This document shows positions 1 through 10,447 of a stretch of 64,000 bases of DNA, in pieces. Both the position numbers and the translations under genes were made by a program. Position 1 is the first letter of the stretch; each line of letters opens with the position of its first letter. The DNA comes from Candidatus Omnitrophota bacterium (GTDB lineage: Bacteria > Omnitrophota > Gorgyraeia > Aquiviventales > Aquiviventaceae): assembly GCA_016206685.1 (NCBI GenBank), contig JACQRB010000023.1:29287-93286 (forward strand), read 5' to 3'. The notes beneath the pieces are model-generated. The model searched no databases. It was not told the DNA's origin and saw nothing but the letters and a program-made list of their open reading frames with translations.

Positions 1-266
1 CTGGCGTCCTCGCCGGCATCGGCGATATCGATCGTTGCCGGGAAGCGCTGTGAGGCGATGAAGTCCCGGATCGCCTCCGCCCGAAAGCCCGCGCACAACA
101 CAAACTCGCGAAACTGCTTGCCCAGATAGAATTCGATGATGTGCTGAAGGATCGGCTTGCCGTTGAGCGGCACCAAGGGCTTGGGCAGATCAGTGGGAAG
201 CGGCTGCAAGCGGCTGCCCCGTCCCCCGCACAAAATGACGAGTGGGGGCGGATGGGTTGTGGTCAT
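1..266 (-). CDS. Sugar-phosphate nucleotidyltransferase (glucose-1-phosphate cytidylyltransferase/RfbF-like), 3' end truncated by the window edge
   Basis: Not in the ORF track. My translation from ATG at 266 reads MTTTHPPPLVILCGGRGSRLQPLPTDLPKPLVPLNGKPILQHIIEFY..., containing the NTP-transferase signature ILCGGRGSRL...PKPLV. It overlaps the 3' end of the upstream GT2. Confidence 0.85.
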   Translation of the reverse strand, partial: MTTTHPPPLVILCGGRGSRLQPLPTDLPKPLVPLNGKPILQHIIEFYLGKQFREFVLCAGFRAEAIRDFIASQRFPATIDIADAGEDA

Positions 267-1203
267 CTGATCTCTCCCGTACGATGAAGACCGGGCGACC
301 CTTGGTTTGATCATACACCCGGCCGATGTACTCTCCGAGGACTCCGATGGCAACCAGTTGGAGGCTCCCCAGGAACAGAATAGCGACCGTGAGCGTGGCC
401 CACCCCGGTGGCCACGGCAGATGGTGAGCGATGCGCAAGAGATCCATCACCCCCAGGCTAAACACAAACAGCATGTACAGCAACGCCAGCCCCGCGGTCA
501 GTGCCCCGATCAGCCCAACGATCCGAAGCGGATAGCGCGAGAAGGCAAACAATCCATCCAACGCAAACGCCACCAAGTGTCGATACGAGAACTTCGAGAC
601 GCTACGAAGGCGATCTTCCACATCGTAGAGGACCCCACGTTGTCGGAAGCCCACCCACTTCACCTGCCCCCGCAAAAATTTGTGATACTCCGGAATCTGC
701 AAGATCACCTCGGCCACCTTTCGGTCCAGCAGGCGAAAGTCCGAGAGCCCAAAATCAAGCTCCAGCCCGGAGAGCTTTGAGATGCCCCAGTAGAACAGTT
801 TCACCATAAGCAGCCGTGGCCATGGGACCCGGGCGTTACGCTTGGTGGTGTACACCACCTCAGCCCCGTCTTGCCACAGCGCGATCAGTTGGGGCAAGAG
901 CGCGGGGGGATGCTGCAGATCCGCGTCCATCGTGATGATCGCGTCTCCTCGGCACACCGACATCCCGGCAAACAGCGCGTTCTGATGTCCGAAGTTCCTG
1001 GAGAGGGAGAGGTAGCGGATCTTGGGGTCCTCGGCCCGGAGCCGTTTGATGACCTCCAAGGACTCATCGGTGCTGCCGTTATCAACGAACACCATCTCGT
1101 AGTCAACCTGGGCCTGCCGGCAGGCGTCCCGAACCTCCGTCGAGAGAGCGGTCAGGTTCTCGGCTTCGTTCCACACGGGAAACACGATTGAGACGATGCG
1201 CAT
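190..1203 (-). CDS. GT2 polyprenyl-phosphate glycosyltransferase (GtrB/ArnC/DPM-like) with two C-terminal TM helices
   Basis: Motifs SIVFPVWNE, FVDNGSTD, LSRNFGHQNAL, MDADLQHPP, and C-terminal IGVLGEYIGRVY..TKGRP. Confidence 0.92.
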   Translation of the reverse strand: MRIVSIVFPVWNEAENLTALSTEVRDACRQAQVDYEMVFVDNGSTDESLEVIKRLRAEDPKIRYLSLSRNFGHQNALFAGMSVCRGDAIITMDADLQHPPALLPQLIALWQDGAEVVYTTKRNARVPWPRLLMVKLFYWGISKLSGLELDFGLSDFRLLDRKVAEVILQIPEYHKFLRGQVKWVGFRQRGVLYDVEDRLRSVSKFSYRHLVAFALDGLFAFSRYPLRIVGLIGALTAGLALLYMLFVFSLGVMDLLRIAHHLPWPPGWATLTVAILFLGSLQLVAIGVLGEYIGRVYDQTKGRPVFIVRERSDDHNPSAPTRHFVRGTGQPLAAASH

Positions 1204-1212
1204 CTCACCCCC

Positions 1213-2271
1213 TCATGCTGGTGTCGCGTCCAGCAGGCCTGGGCTATTGGCACACGGTTCGCCGCCGTGGGCGGGAAAGCGAGGAGGCCATGCTCCCATG
1301 CGCTGAAGGATCTGCTGGGAGGCCGGCCATCTCCGGTCCAGCGCCAAGAGATCCACGATCCGTCGCTCCGTTCCCGCTTCCGGTGCCAGCGGCTCGGAGG
1401 CCCCGTAGAGAAAGCACTCGATCCCGAATCGCGAGAGATAACGGATCACCTCCCCGCGCTGTTCCCGCCAGACCTCAATGACCATCAGCCGAATGGACTG
1501 TTTGGCCAGCAGCCCTTCCGCCGAATACAGCACGTCCAGCTCGGCTCCCTCCACATCTATCTTGAGGATGCAGGGCCCGTTGACGAGCTCATCCAGCCGC
1601 CGGCAGGCGACGGTCACCGTCGGACGAAAGGCCGGATGGCGCGCGCAATAGGTCTCCGCGCGAATTTGCCGCGGGCCCGACCGGAATTCTTCCAGCGGCC
1701 GCAGCCCGCCACCGCCATCATTCAACGGATTGCGGAAATACGCCGCCGACCGGTTCCTGCTGGCGATGGCACAGGCCGGCACGTCGATCCGTTCCAGCCC
1801 GTTCAGAAGGAGATGAGCGCACAGAGCCCGGTGATTGTCCGGATCCGGCTCCACGGCCAGGACCCGTTTGGACGGATACGCCTGAGCGATCGTCATGGCG
1901 TACCAGCCGAGGTGGGCACCGACATCCACGAAGCAATCCGCGGACGGCATCCCGGCCGCGATGAGCCCAAGCCATTCCGCATCATACCGGCCCGCGGTGC
2001 GGAAGTGCCACAGCTGCGTGGTCTGACAGAGGTTGAGCTCCAAACGGAGGCATTTCGAAGAGTCCACGACATTGCGATACCGCACGCTGACGCGCCACGA
2101 TTGCCGCAGGCGGCGCAACACACCCAAAATGAGATGATGACAGTAGGCGGCGGCGCCGAGCGGTCGTCGCAGGATCTTTTCGCACGCGCGCCACGGATAA
2201 AAGATGCCGCCGGCAATCGCCCGGGCCAGCATCTGGCGCAGGAGATTGCTCATCCCGTTCAGCGTGGTCAT
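1213..2271 (-). CDS. FkbM-family methyltransferase
   Basis: FVDVGAHLGWY, VLAVEPDPDN and ILKIDVEGAELDVL motifs. Confidence 0.88.
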   Translation of the reverse strand: MTTLNGMSNLLRQMLARAIAGGIFYPWRACEKILRRPLGAAAYCHHLILGVLRRLRQSWRVSVRYRNVVDSSKCLRLELNLCQTTQLWHFRTAGRYDAEWLGLIAAGMPSADCFVDVGAHLGWYAMTIAQAYPSKRVLAVEPDPDNHRALCAHLLLNGLERIDVPACAIASRNRSAAYFRNPLNDGGGGLRPLEEFRSGPRQIRAETYCARHPAFRPTVTVACRRLDELVNGPCILKIDVEGAELDVLYSAEGLLAKQSIRLMVIEVWREQRGEVIRYLSRFGIECFLYGASEPLAPEAGTERRIVDLLALDRRWPASQQILQRMGAWPPRFPAHGGEPCANSPGLLDATPA

Positions 2272-4094
2272 CCCGCCACCGGAACCGTCAACTGCGTGAA
2301 CGCCCCCCGCCGGCCTCGCAACTGCTCCGGCGGCCCCTGTTCCACCGCACGGCCCTGATTCAGCACCACCACCCAGCCGGCCGAGGCCACCATGGTCTCT
2401 CCATGGGCGACCAGGATGACGGTGCGATGCCTGGTGGCGGTGGCGATGGCCTGCTGGACCAGCTGTTCTGACACGGCATCCAACGCGCTGGTCGCCTCAT
2501 CTAACACCAGCAGGTCCGGATCCCCCAAGACCGCGCGGGCGATGGCCAGGCGTTGTTGCTGGCCACCGGACAGCGTCGTCCCGCGCTCCCCCAGGATCGT
2601 CTCATAGCCGTGGGGCAACTGGCGAATGAACTCATCAGCGAGGGCGATGGTGGCGGCCTGGATCACCTGCTGACGCGAATAGTCGCGCCGCCCGATCAGG
2701 ATGTTCTCCACCACCGTCCCGCGGAAGATGAAGGGCTCCTGCGCCATGAACCCGATCCGCCGCAGCCAGCCGTTCCGGTCGTACGCCTGCAGCGGTGTCC
2801 CATCCACCAGGATGCAGCCCGCCGACGGCTCCAGCAGCCCCAACACCAGATTGAGCACGGTGGTCTTCCCTGAGCCCGATGGCCCGACGATGGCCGTGCA
2901 CAGACCCTTGCGAAACGCCACGCTCAGGCCCCGCAGCACGGGCGGCCGGCCTGGATACGCGAATGACACGCCGTCCAGGACCACCCCGTCCCGCAGATGA
3001 TCGAACCGACGCTGACCGTGCGGCACGGCAACCACGGGGATCGTCAGCGCCTGCCCAACGCGTTCGGCGTTGGGCAGGGCCTCATGGATCTCCATTCGCA
3101 GCCGTCCAAGACCCGACAGCGATGGCACGAGCTGGAACAACCCTACGGCAAATAACCCGGTGACCGGCAACGCCGACGTCATATGCGTCGGGGACCAGGC
3201 GCTCAACAGCCCCACCGAGACCAGCAGCAGGAGCACGATGGCCAACTCAATGATCGGCCGGGGGATGGCCAGCCACAGATGGAATCGGGCCAGCAACGTC
3301 GTATACCGTCGCGTCTGCTCACGGAAGCGCGAGAGCCATACCTCCTTGGTGCAGAAAATCGTCAGGTGTCGCATGCCCGTCAGCAATTCGTGCAGCAGCG
3401 TCATCTGCTCCGCATTGGCCTCCGCCCGTCCTTTCCCGCTGGTATAGGCGATCCGCAAAGATAGCGCATGCAGGAGCCCCATCACCCCCGCTGTCACGAC
3501 GCTCAGCACCATGGTCGGCACGGGGAACGCCACCAGAAGCACGACGGTAATCGCCGCCACCTTGAGCCACTCCATGATCCATTGGGGGATTTTCCGCACG
3601 AGCAATGCGACGCGCGTTGGAGCGACCGTGCAATCAAACAGCAGCGTGCCTTGCTTCTGTTCCGACAGCTGCGCGGGGGATGCGCCGGCATAGCGTGCCA
3701 GCACAGAGTTTTCCACATCCCACAGCACGCGCCCGCTCAACCGGGCGATGAGCCATTCCCGCAGCAGCACCACCCCCGCCCTGCAGATCATGACCGTCGC
3801 CAGCAGCACCATCGCACCAGGGAGGACGCCTCCCACCGGCAGGCGTTGCGCCAGCGAGACCACCCATCCCAATACACCGGTCACGCGACTCAGCCCCTCC
3901 GGATGCAGCACCACTTGAAACACGGGAAAGAAGGCGACCAAGCTCACGCTCTCGAGCACCGTCGCCACCGCCATGGCGACCACCACCCCGCCGAACAGCA
4001 ACGGATGCCCCCGAATGCATGCGGCCAGCGTGCTCCAAGCCGGAGAGCGCTCCCACCACCCTGAACGCCGGGGCCGCAGCGGCAGATCGGTCAT
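2268..4094 (-). CDS. ABC transporter, fused permease/ATPase (MsbA/PglK-like glycan flippase)
   Basis: N-terminal TM domain, Walker A GPSGSGKTT, signature LSGGQQQR, Walker B LLVLDEATSALD. Confidence 0.9.
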   Translation of the reverse strand: MTDLPLRPRRSGWWERSPAWSTLAACIRGHPLLFGGVVVAMAVATVLESVSLVAFFPVFQVVLHPEGLSRVTGVLGWVVSLAQRLPVGGVLPGAMVLLATVMICRAGVVLLREWLIARLSGRVLWDVENSVLARYAGASPAQLSEQKQGTLLFDCTVAPTRVALLVRKIPQWIMEWLKVAAITVVLLVAFPVPTMVLSVVTAGVMGLLHALSLRIAYTSGKGRAEANAEQMTLLHELLTGMRHLTIFCTKEVWLSRFREQTRRYTTLLARFHLWLAIPRPIIELAIVLLLLVSVGLLSAWSPTHMTSALPVTGLFAVGLFQLVPSLSGLGRLRMEIHEALPNAERVGQALTIPVVAVPHGQRRFDHLRDGVVLDGVSFAYPGRPPVLRGLSVAFRKGLCTAIVGPSGSGKTTVLNLVLGLLEPSAGCILVDGTPLQAYDRNGWLRRIGFMAQEPFIFRGTVVENILIGRRDYSRQQVIQAATIALADEFIRQLPHGYETILGERGTTLSGGQQQRLAIARAVLGDPDLLVLDEATSALDAVSEQLVQQAIATATRHRTVILVAHGETMVASAGWVVVLNQGRAVEQGPPEQLRGRRGAFTQLTVPVAG

Positions 4095-5236
4095 GGCGAG
4101 GCTCCGTTCGGGTCCAGCGCCCCGGCCACCGGGGCCATGGCCATGTCGCCAGATGGGCGATCAGGACGCGGCCGCATAGCTTCCCCGCCGATCCGGCCGA
4201 TATACTCAAACGACTGCGACGGATAGAGCACCGTCTCATAGAAGAACAGCCGCTTCCGCCGATAGAGGTGCGACGTCACCGGGGTAATTTGAAAATGCAG
4301 ACATTGCTTCCGGTCCCACACCGGATAGTCAAGGATGGTCAGGTCGGAATCGTAGCTCGGCGCGGACTGAAAACGGTTGACCGTGAAGACATATTGTGCG
4401 GTCGTGAAGACGGGCGAACTGAGATAGCGTGTGAACCATTCCCGCGTCATCTCGCCAAGCGAAAAGAAATTGGTGAAGAGATCCACCGTCCCCGGCGCAA
4501 TCCGCTGGTACCACGCCACGGGAACCAGCGCAACGTCATAGGCCTGGAGTACCTCGCGGGTCACCGCGGGGACCGAGGCCAACTCCTTCACGCCCGCGAT
4601 GCGCACCTCCGGAAGACAGCTCCCCAGAAAGTAGTAGGCCAGCAGCAGTTGCTCCGGAAAGTCCACCAAGATTGAGCGACTCTGCGGATACTCCGAGGCG
4701 AGCAAGTACGAGAAAATCGCATAGCTGCACCCCAGATCGAGGGCCACGAACGGCCTCGTCAGCCGCGGCCCCAGCACGCGGTTGAGCACATTCAGGTAGT
4801 GAATGTGCGTGTGCCACCGATAGGTGTAGCGATAGCCGTCCCGCCGGAAGATATGGGGGTTGCCCGCCGGATGGCAGGGGTATTGCTTCAGCAGCTCCAC
4901 ATCCCCACATTGCTTCAAGGTGTCCAAGCATTCGATCATCCGTCGGCGCGTCCCCCGGCGTCCCCCGGTCCAGTTGCGCGGGAGCCAGGGGTTGAGATTG
5001 ACGCCGCCATACTCAATGACGAAAATCCGGTCCCGTCGGAAGTTCCGCAACGCCTCCCGCTTGATCCGCAGATCTGGCGTGATGAACCGCTGGGGTTCCT
5101 CGGCCACCCGCTTGGCCCATCGGCTGCCCAGGTTCGTTTTGCCCTGGGTCAAGAGACCGTGGGCGGCTTGGGCTCGCAGCTCTTCCTCCACCCGGTCAAT
5201 TAGCGCGTCATCATGATGCATGTGCCCTGGCCTCAC
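4091..5236 (-). CDS. Putative sugar O-methyltransferase (class I SAM fold)
   Basis: ALDLGCSYA, ILVDFPEQLLLAYYFL, DLFTNFFSLGEM resemble the putative sugar O-methyltransferase family of LPS loci. Start may be the Met near 5221. Confidence 0.7.
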   Translation of the reverse strand: MRPGHMHHDDALIDRVEEELRAQAAHGLLTQGKTNLGSRWAKRVAEEPQRFITPDLRIKREALRNFRRDRIFVIEYGGVNLNPWLPRNWTGGRRGTRRRMIECLDTLKQCGDVELLKQYPCHPAGNPHIFRRDGYRYTYRWHTHIHYLNVLNRVLGPRLTRPFVALDLGCSYAIFSYLLASEYPQSRSILVDFPEQLLLAYYFLGSCLPEVRIAGVKELASVPAVTREVLQAYDVALVPVAWYQRIAPGTVDLFTNFFSLGEMTREWFTRYLSSPVFTTAQYVFTVNRFQSAPSYDSDLTILDYPVWDRKQCLHFQITPVTSHLYRRKRLFFYETVLYPSQSFEYIGRIGGEAMRPRPDRPSGDMAMAPVAGALDPNGASP

Positions 5237-5251
5237 GCGGCGGTCACGCCG

Positions 5252-6013
5252 TCAGGGTTTCTTCACGCACACGAATCCGACGAAGTTGTACCACTGGAAG
5301 AATGTTTCAACGACCTGGAAGCCGGCCTTCCGAAACAGTGCCATATTCTCATCGATGCGGTAGGGAATCAGGACGTTCTCCAACGCCTCCCGCTTGCGCA
5401 GAATCTCGGTGTCGGAATAGCTGTTGCGTTTCTTGAACTCGTAGTAGAGCTCGATGAACAGCCGGTTCATGTCGCTGCTGTTGGTCAGAATCTTTTCCGT
5501 CACGATGAGCGCGCCGCCGTCCACAAGCGCCTCGTAGAGCCGCCGCAGCAGCGCCTCCCGATGCAGCGGTCGGACGAACTGCAGCGTCCAGCAGAGCGTG
5601 ATGATGCTGGCAGGCTCCAGCGGCGCGTCATTGATATCGCCGTAGCGGATATCAATCAGGTGATCAAGCCCTTGTGCCTTGATGCGACCCCGGGCCTTCT
5701 CGACCATCGGCATCGAGTTGTCGTAGCCGATGAGCTGCGGCTGGTCATCGTTGAGCTCCCGCGCCATATTCATGAGGGTCGTCCCCGTGGAGGAACCTAA
5801 GTCATAGATGCGGGTGTCCGGCGTGTAGAATTTCTTCGCCAGCTCTTTGATGACCATCTGCTGCTCCACGTAGAACGGGACGCTGCGCAGCAGCATGTCA
5901 TCGAACACCTCAGCGACTTCCCGTGTAAACGCAAAATCACTGCCTCGCGCGGCGGTCCCTTCAAAGAGCTGATCACGCATCCTCTCTCCTTGTGTCTCTG
6001 CGGCCTCGGTCAT
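5252..6013 (-). CDS. cmoA: Carboxy-S-adenosyl-L-methionine synthase CmoA
   Basis: DFAFTREVAEVFDDMLLRSVPFY, IYDLGSSTG, TLQFVRP, VTEKI, YEFKKRNSYSDTEILRKREALENVL, FFQWYNF match CmoA family motifs, including the conserved Arg of KRxxLENV. Start set at the ATGA overlap at 6013. Confidence 0.85.
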   Translation of the reverse strand: MTEAAETQGERMRDQLFEGTAARGSDFAFTREVAEVFDDMLLRSVPFYVEQQMVIKELAKKFYTPDTRIYDLGSSTGTTLMNMARELNDDQPQLIGYDNSMPMVEKARGRIKAQGLDHLIDIRYGDINDAPLEPASIITLCWTLQFVRPLHREALLRRLYEALVDGGALIVTEKILTNSSDMNRLFIELYYEFKKRNSYSDTEILRKREALENVLIPYRIDENMALFRKAGFQVVETFFQWYNFVGFVCVKKP

Positions 6014-6735
6014 CGCCGGATCTCCAGCAGCTCGAAGCGCATCACCAGGCATAAGCCGTTCGTCAGCAACCGCCGCTGCTCGGCGTCGCGCATCGTCCAT
6101 GTCCGGACCGGATCATCGGCGCGCGGCGGCAGATCGAAGGGCAGCTCAAACGGAATGAACGTGTGCCGCTCCGGCCCGACGTGCACGTCGAGATAACGCG
6201 AGAACGACGCCTTGCTGAAGAGATTCCAGCCCGGCTCCCGATGCTCGGGGTCTGGATCGTCCACCAACCGGTACTTCACCCAGACGTCGATGGGATGCGG
6301 GTTGAAGCCGCCAAAGACGTACACGCGTCCTCCCGGTTTTGTCCAGAAGAGCAAGTTCGACAGGCAGGGTTCAAACGCATCGAAGATGGAATGCACCCCC
6401 AGCAGGAAGGCGATATCCAGCGAGGCCTCGGGCAACAGCGCCCGGTCCAGCACGGAGCCCTCTCGAAACGTCACACCGGGAACCTTGCGTCGCGCCTGCG
6501 CCAGCAATTCCGGCACCACGTCGTAGCCAGTGTAATGGGCGTCCGGCACTTGCCGCTTCAGATACGCGAGAAATTGTCCCGCCGCACACCCGAAATCGCC
6601 CACCTGCGCCCCCGGCATAAGCGCACCGCTGGCCTGAGCCTGTGCGTAGGCGACCTTAAAGACTTCTTTGGGACGTTCGTAGTACTCGTCCGCCAGATAG
6701 ATGGCCTTATCGTGCGTTCGCGCAACGTTGATCAT
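6010..6735 (-). CDS. Class I SAM-dependent (methyl)transferase
   Basis: VGDFGCAAGQFL motif I, YTGYDV, KPGGRVY. Confidence 0.85.
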   Translation of the reverse strand: MINVARTHDKAIYLADEYYERPKEVFKVAYAQAQASGALMPGAQVGDFGCAAGQFLAYLKRQVPDAHYTGYDVVPELLAQARRKVPGVTFREGSVLDRALLPEASLDIAFLLGVHSIFDAFEPCLSNLLFWTKPGGRVYVFGGFNPHPIDVWVKYRLVDDPDPEHREPGWNLFSKASFSRYLDVHVGPERHTFIPFELPFDLPPRADDPVRTWTMRDAEQRRLLTNGLCLVMRFELLEIRR

Positions 6736-7811
6736 GCACAGGAACCCGCGCCCACTTGCCCCTCGTTTCCAAAGACGGCTGGGAACACCGCCTTACGGCA
6801 GCGCTGACAAGCCAGGGGCTGTTTGGAGCCGTCGGGATCATTCACCGCCAGTCGCAGCCGCTTCATCTCTTCGCTATTCCAAATCGCATGGAGACGCTGG
6901 TCGAACACGTTGCCGATGTGAAGACTCAGCCCATCGAAACTGCAGCACGGATGAACCGATCCGTCATTGTTGATCGAGACGCGCTGGTACGGCTGAGGGC
7001 AATCTCCCACTTGCAACAAATCGGTATCCGGAATGCGAAATTGCTGCTCGAGCTGTGCATAGTTCGAGTAGCTGGCGGCAGGGTTGACAAACGACTGGAT
7101 ACAAATGAAATCCACTCGGTCTTTCCAATACGCCACGAACTCGTCAAGCTCCTTGTGGTTGAGCTTGCTCTTGACGAACGACACCCGGGTAATTGGGAGT
7201 TGCTTGCCCTGGGCTTTTTTCATCTCCAGAAAGCGGTTGATGTTGCCCATCACCTGCTGAAAGTTGCCGCCCGGCCGCACGTGGTTGTAGGTGTCTTCCC
7301 GAATGGCATCGAGCGAGAAATAGAGTTTCGTGAGCCCTGCATTGAGGAGTTCCTGCGCGCGGGTTTCCGTCAGCATCGTCGCATTCGTCAGGATGATGAC
7401 ATCCAGGACCCCGGCCTGGCTGGCGTAGCGGATGTAGTCGTGGAGATTGCGGGTTCCCAGCGGTTCATTATTGACATTCAGGGTGACGGAGGCCAGGCCG
7501 TGTGGGACCCCCTCATCGATGATCTCCTTGAACTTCTCGAACGTCACCACGTTCTGGCGGTTCTGGACGGCGTACGGGTGGTTGGCATCAAACTCCTCCG
7601 GCTTGATCTGCAAGACGCACTGGGGACAGCGTAGGTTGCAGCCGTAGTACAGCTCAAAGTCGATGTGGATGGGGTAGTCCTGAACGACCTTGAGCTCTTT
7701 GGCCTCCTCCCACCGCTGCCGATAGGCTCGGTACGGCTCACCCAGGATCTGGGCGAGCTTCGCATCCGGATCTCCGGTCACGGTGACCTGCTTCCATGTT
7801 GGTTTGGACAT
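6732..7811 (-). CDS. Radical SAM protein with C-terminal SPASM/twitch domain
   Basis: CNLRCPQC (CX3CX2C), NNEP, TNAT, FSLDA; C-terminal CPQPYQ...DGSVHPCC...CQRC. Start ATG 7811 is preceded by a GAGGAG RBS. Confidence 0.9.
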   Translation of the reverse strand: MSKPTWKQVTVTGDPDAKLAQILGEPYRAYRQRWEEAKELKVVQDYPIHIDFELYYGCNLRCPQCVLQIKPEEFDANHPYAVQNRQNVVTFEKFKEIIDEGVPHGLASVTLNVNNEPLGTRNLHDYIRYASQAGVLDVIILTNATMLTETRAQELLNAGLTKLYFSLDAIREDTYNHVRPGGNFQQVMGNINRFLEMKKAQGKQLPITRVSFVKSKLNHKELDEFVAYWKDRVDFICIQSFVNPAASYSNYAQLEQQFRIPDTDLLQVGDCPQPYQRVSINNDGSVHPCCSFDGLSLHIGNVFDQRLHAIWNSEEMKRLRLAVNDPDGSKQPLACQRCRKAVFPAVFGNEGQVGAGSCA

Positions 7812-7821
7812 CAGATCCTCC

Positions 7822-8666
7822 TCAGCCATGAGGGAACACCGCGACCAGTGGCTGCGAGTGGCCTGGAGCGGCTCCAAATTCAACCAGCCGGACATTGAGG
7901 GCAGCAGCTTTCATGTGCTTTTTTGCTCTGGGATAGCTGTGCTCTGTAAAATGGAAGAGGTTGGCCGCCGCGACAGCGTCGGCTTGACCCTCCACGACCC
8001 CTTGGACAAAATGGTCAAACGTCCCGGCGCCGCCGCAGGCGATCACGGGAATGTCCACGGCTTCCGCGACCGAATGCACCAACGCCAGGTCATATCCCTG
8101 CGCCATGCCATCTCGATCAATGGAGTTCAAGAAGATCTCCCCGGCGCCCTGCCGTTGGGCTTCCTGCGCCCACGCCACCGGCTCGCGCCCGGTCGGCGCC
8201 CGGCCGCAGTCGGCGACCACCTCATAGCGCCCGTCGTCATGGCGCTTGACGTCAATGGACACGACCAGGCACTGGCGCCCGAACACGCGAGCCGCCTCCC
8301 GCAGAAACGACGGCTCCTTGAGCGCGGCCGTGTTGATGACCACTTTATCGGCGCCGCGGCGCAGGCGCTGCGCGATGTCATCGAGCGTGCGGATGCCGCC
8401 GCCGAACGCCAGCGGCACGAAGCAGGCTTTGGACACGGCCGAGAGGATGTCCAGGATGTTCCGGAGACTTTTCACCTTGTGGTCGTCCCGCCGCAAATCG
8501 TGCTCCCCGTCCCGCGTGATATCGAGGTAGATCAGCTCATCCACCTGCCAGTCGGTAAACCGCTTCACCTGATGGATCGGATCGCCCAGGTTCTGGTGAT
8601 ACTGGAACTGCTCGCTGCGGACGATCAGCCCGTTCTTCAGCAAGATGCAGGGAATCAGCCGGGTCT

Positions 8667-8673
<7 letters not shown>
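7822..8673 (-). CDS. hisF: HisF-like cyclase subunit, glycan-locus paralog (WbuZ/AglZ type)
   Basis: MLKTRLIPCILLK, DELIYLDI, PLAFGGGIR, GADKVVINT, SIDRDG, PVIACGG. Confidence 0.88.
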
Positions 8674-9289
<616 letters not shown>

Positions 9290-9293
<4 letters not shown>

Positions 9294-10447
9294 CGGGCCA
9301 CGGCCTCGGGGTGTTGATCCCAAATGTTGTCTTTCGCCCATCGGCCATCGGCATCCTTGCGCCACACGCGCGGGTCGCGGAAGGTGTCGGCGATGCGGTC
9401 GAACTCCTCTTCGGTCATGCCGACGTACTCCAGCCATCGCTTCAGATCCCGCGGCTTCACATGGTCGTACTTCCTGACCATTTCAATGCCTTCCTCGCGC
9501 ATCATGTAGCCGGCTCGGATGTCCTTGCAGGCGTGGTCCGTCGCGCGTCCGTAGCCGAACTTGATGTATTTCAGGTAATCATGCGCCCCGTTCTCATGCA
9601 TGTCGTCGAGATTGGAGAACTTCCGATACGTACGATCAAACGGCTCCGGGGACGGCTCCCAGCCATACCGCTCCATCACCAGCTTCACATGCCGGTTGGC
9701 GTCCCATTCCACGTAGTTGCCCAGGAAGATTCCCCGCACGCCGACGCGCGCAATCTCTTGATCCGAAGGATAGCGGGCCCAGAGCATGTCCTGCGGCGTC
9801 AAACCGTCCGATGTCCCCGCCTCCACCAGATCCGTCCAATCAAAGCCGCGCTTCACGTATTCGTACACGAACCGGGCGGTCAGCTCCACCATGTCATACA
9901 GGGAATACATCCCGGCTAAATCCACCTGGCCGTGCTCCCCGTAAAACACGAGCGGAATCTGATGCGTCACGGCGATCTGAACCGGAACGGTGTAGATGCC
10001 GCAGTGGTTGTGCCAGTTCATATCCCCCATGAGCGTAAAGCCCAGACGGTTCAGCGTGACGAGCGTCTTCACGCTTGGCGAGCAGATCACGTGATCCACC
10101 CCGAAGACCTCCCGCATCCGCATGAGGTTGCGCCATCCCACCTCCAGAAAGTTGTTGCCGTTGTACGTGACCAACAACGGGTTCATCCCAAACTGCTCTT
10201 TGATGAGGTGAGTCTGGTAATAACTGTCCTTGCCGCCGCTGACGGCAATGATGCAGTCGTAGTTGCTGCCGTCCTTGGAGCGATACTCCTCCAGGAGTTC
10301 GCGCAGCATCTGTTCGCGCCGCCCCCAGTCGATCTGTGGCTTCTGCTCATGCACGCGGCATCCACTGCAGACCCCACGGTCATCGAACGTCAGCGGCAAT
10401 GCTGACGCCGACGGATAGACGCACCGCGTGCAGTAGCGCATCGCCAT
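9290..10447 (-). CDS. N-acetyl sugar amidotransferase (WbuX/PseA family, acetamidino-forming)
   Basis: N-terminal CTRC..CSGC, PP-loop YDCIIAVSGGKDS, HDYLKYIKFGYGRATDHAC..IR.G; adjacent to hisH/hisF paralogs. Confidence 0.9.
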
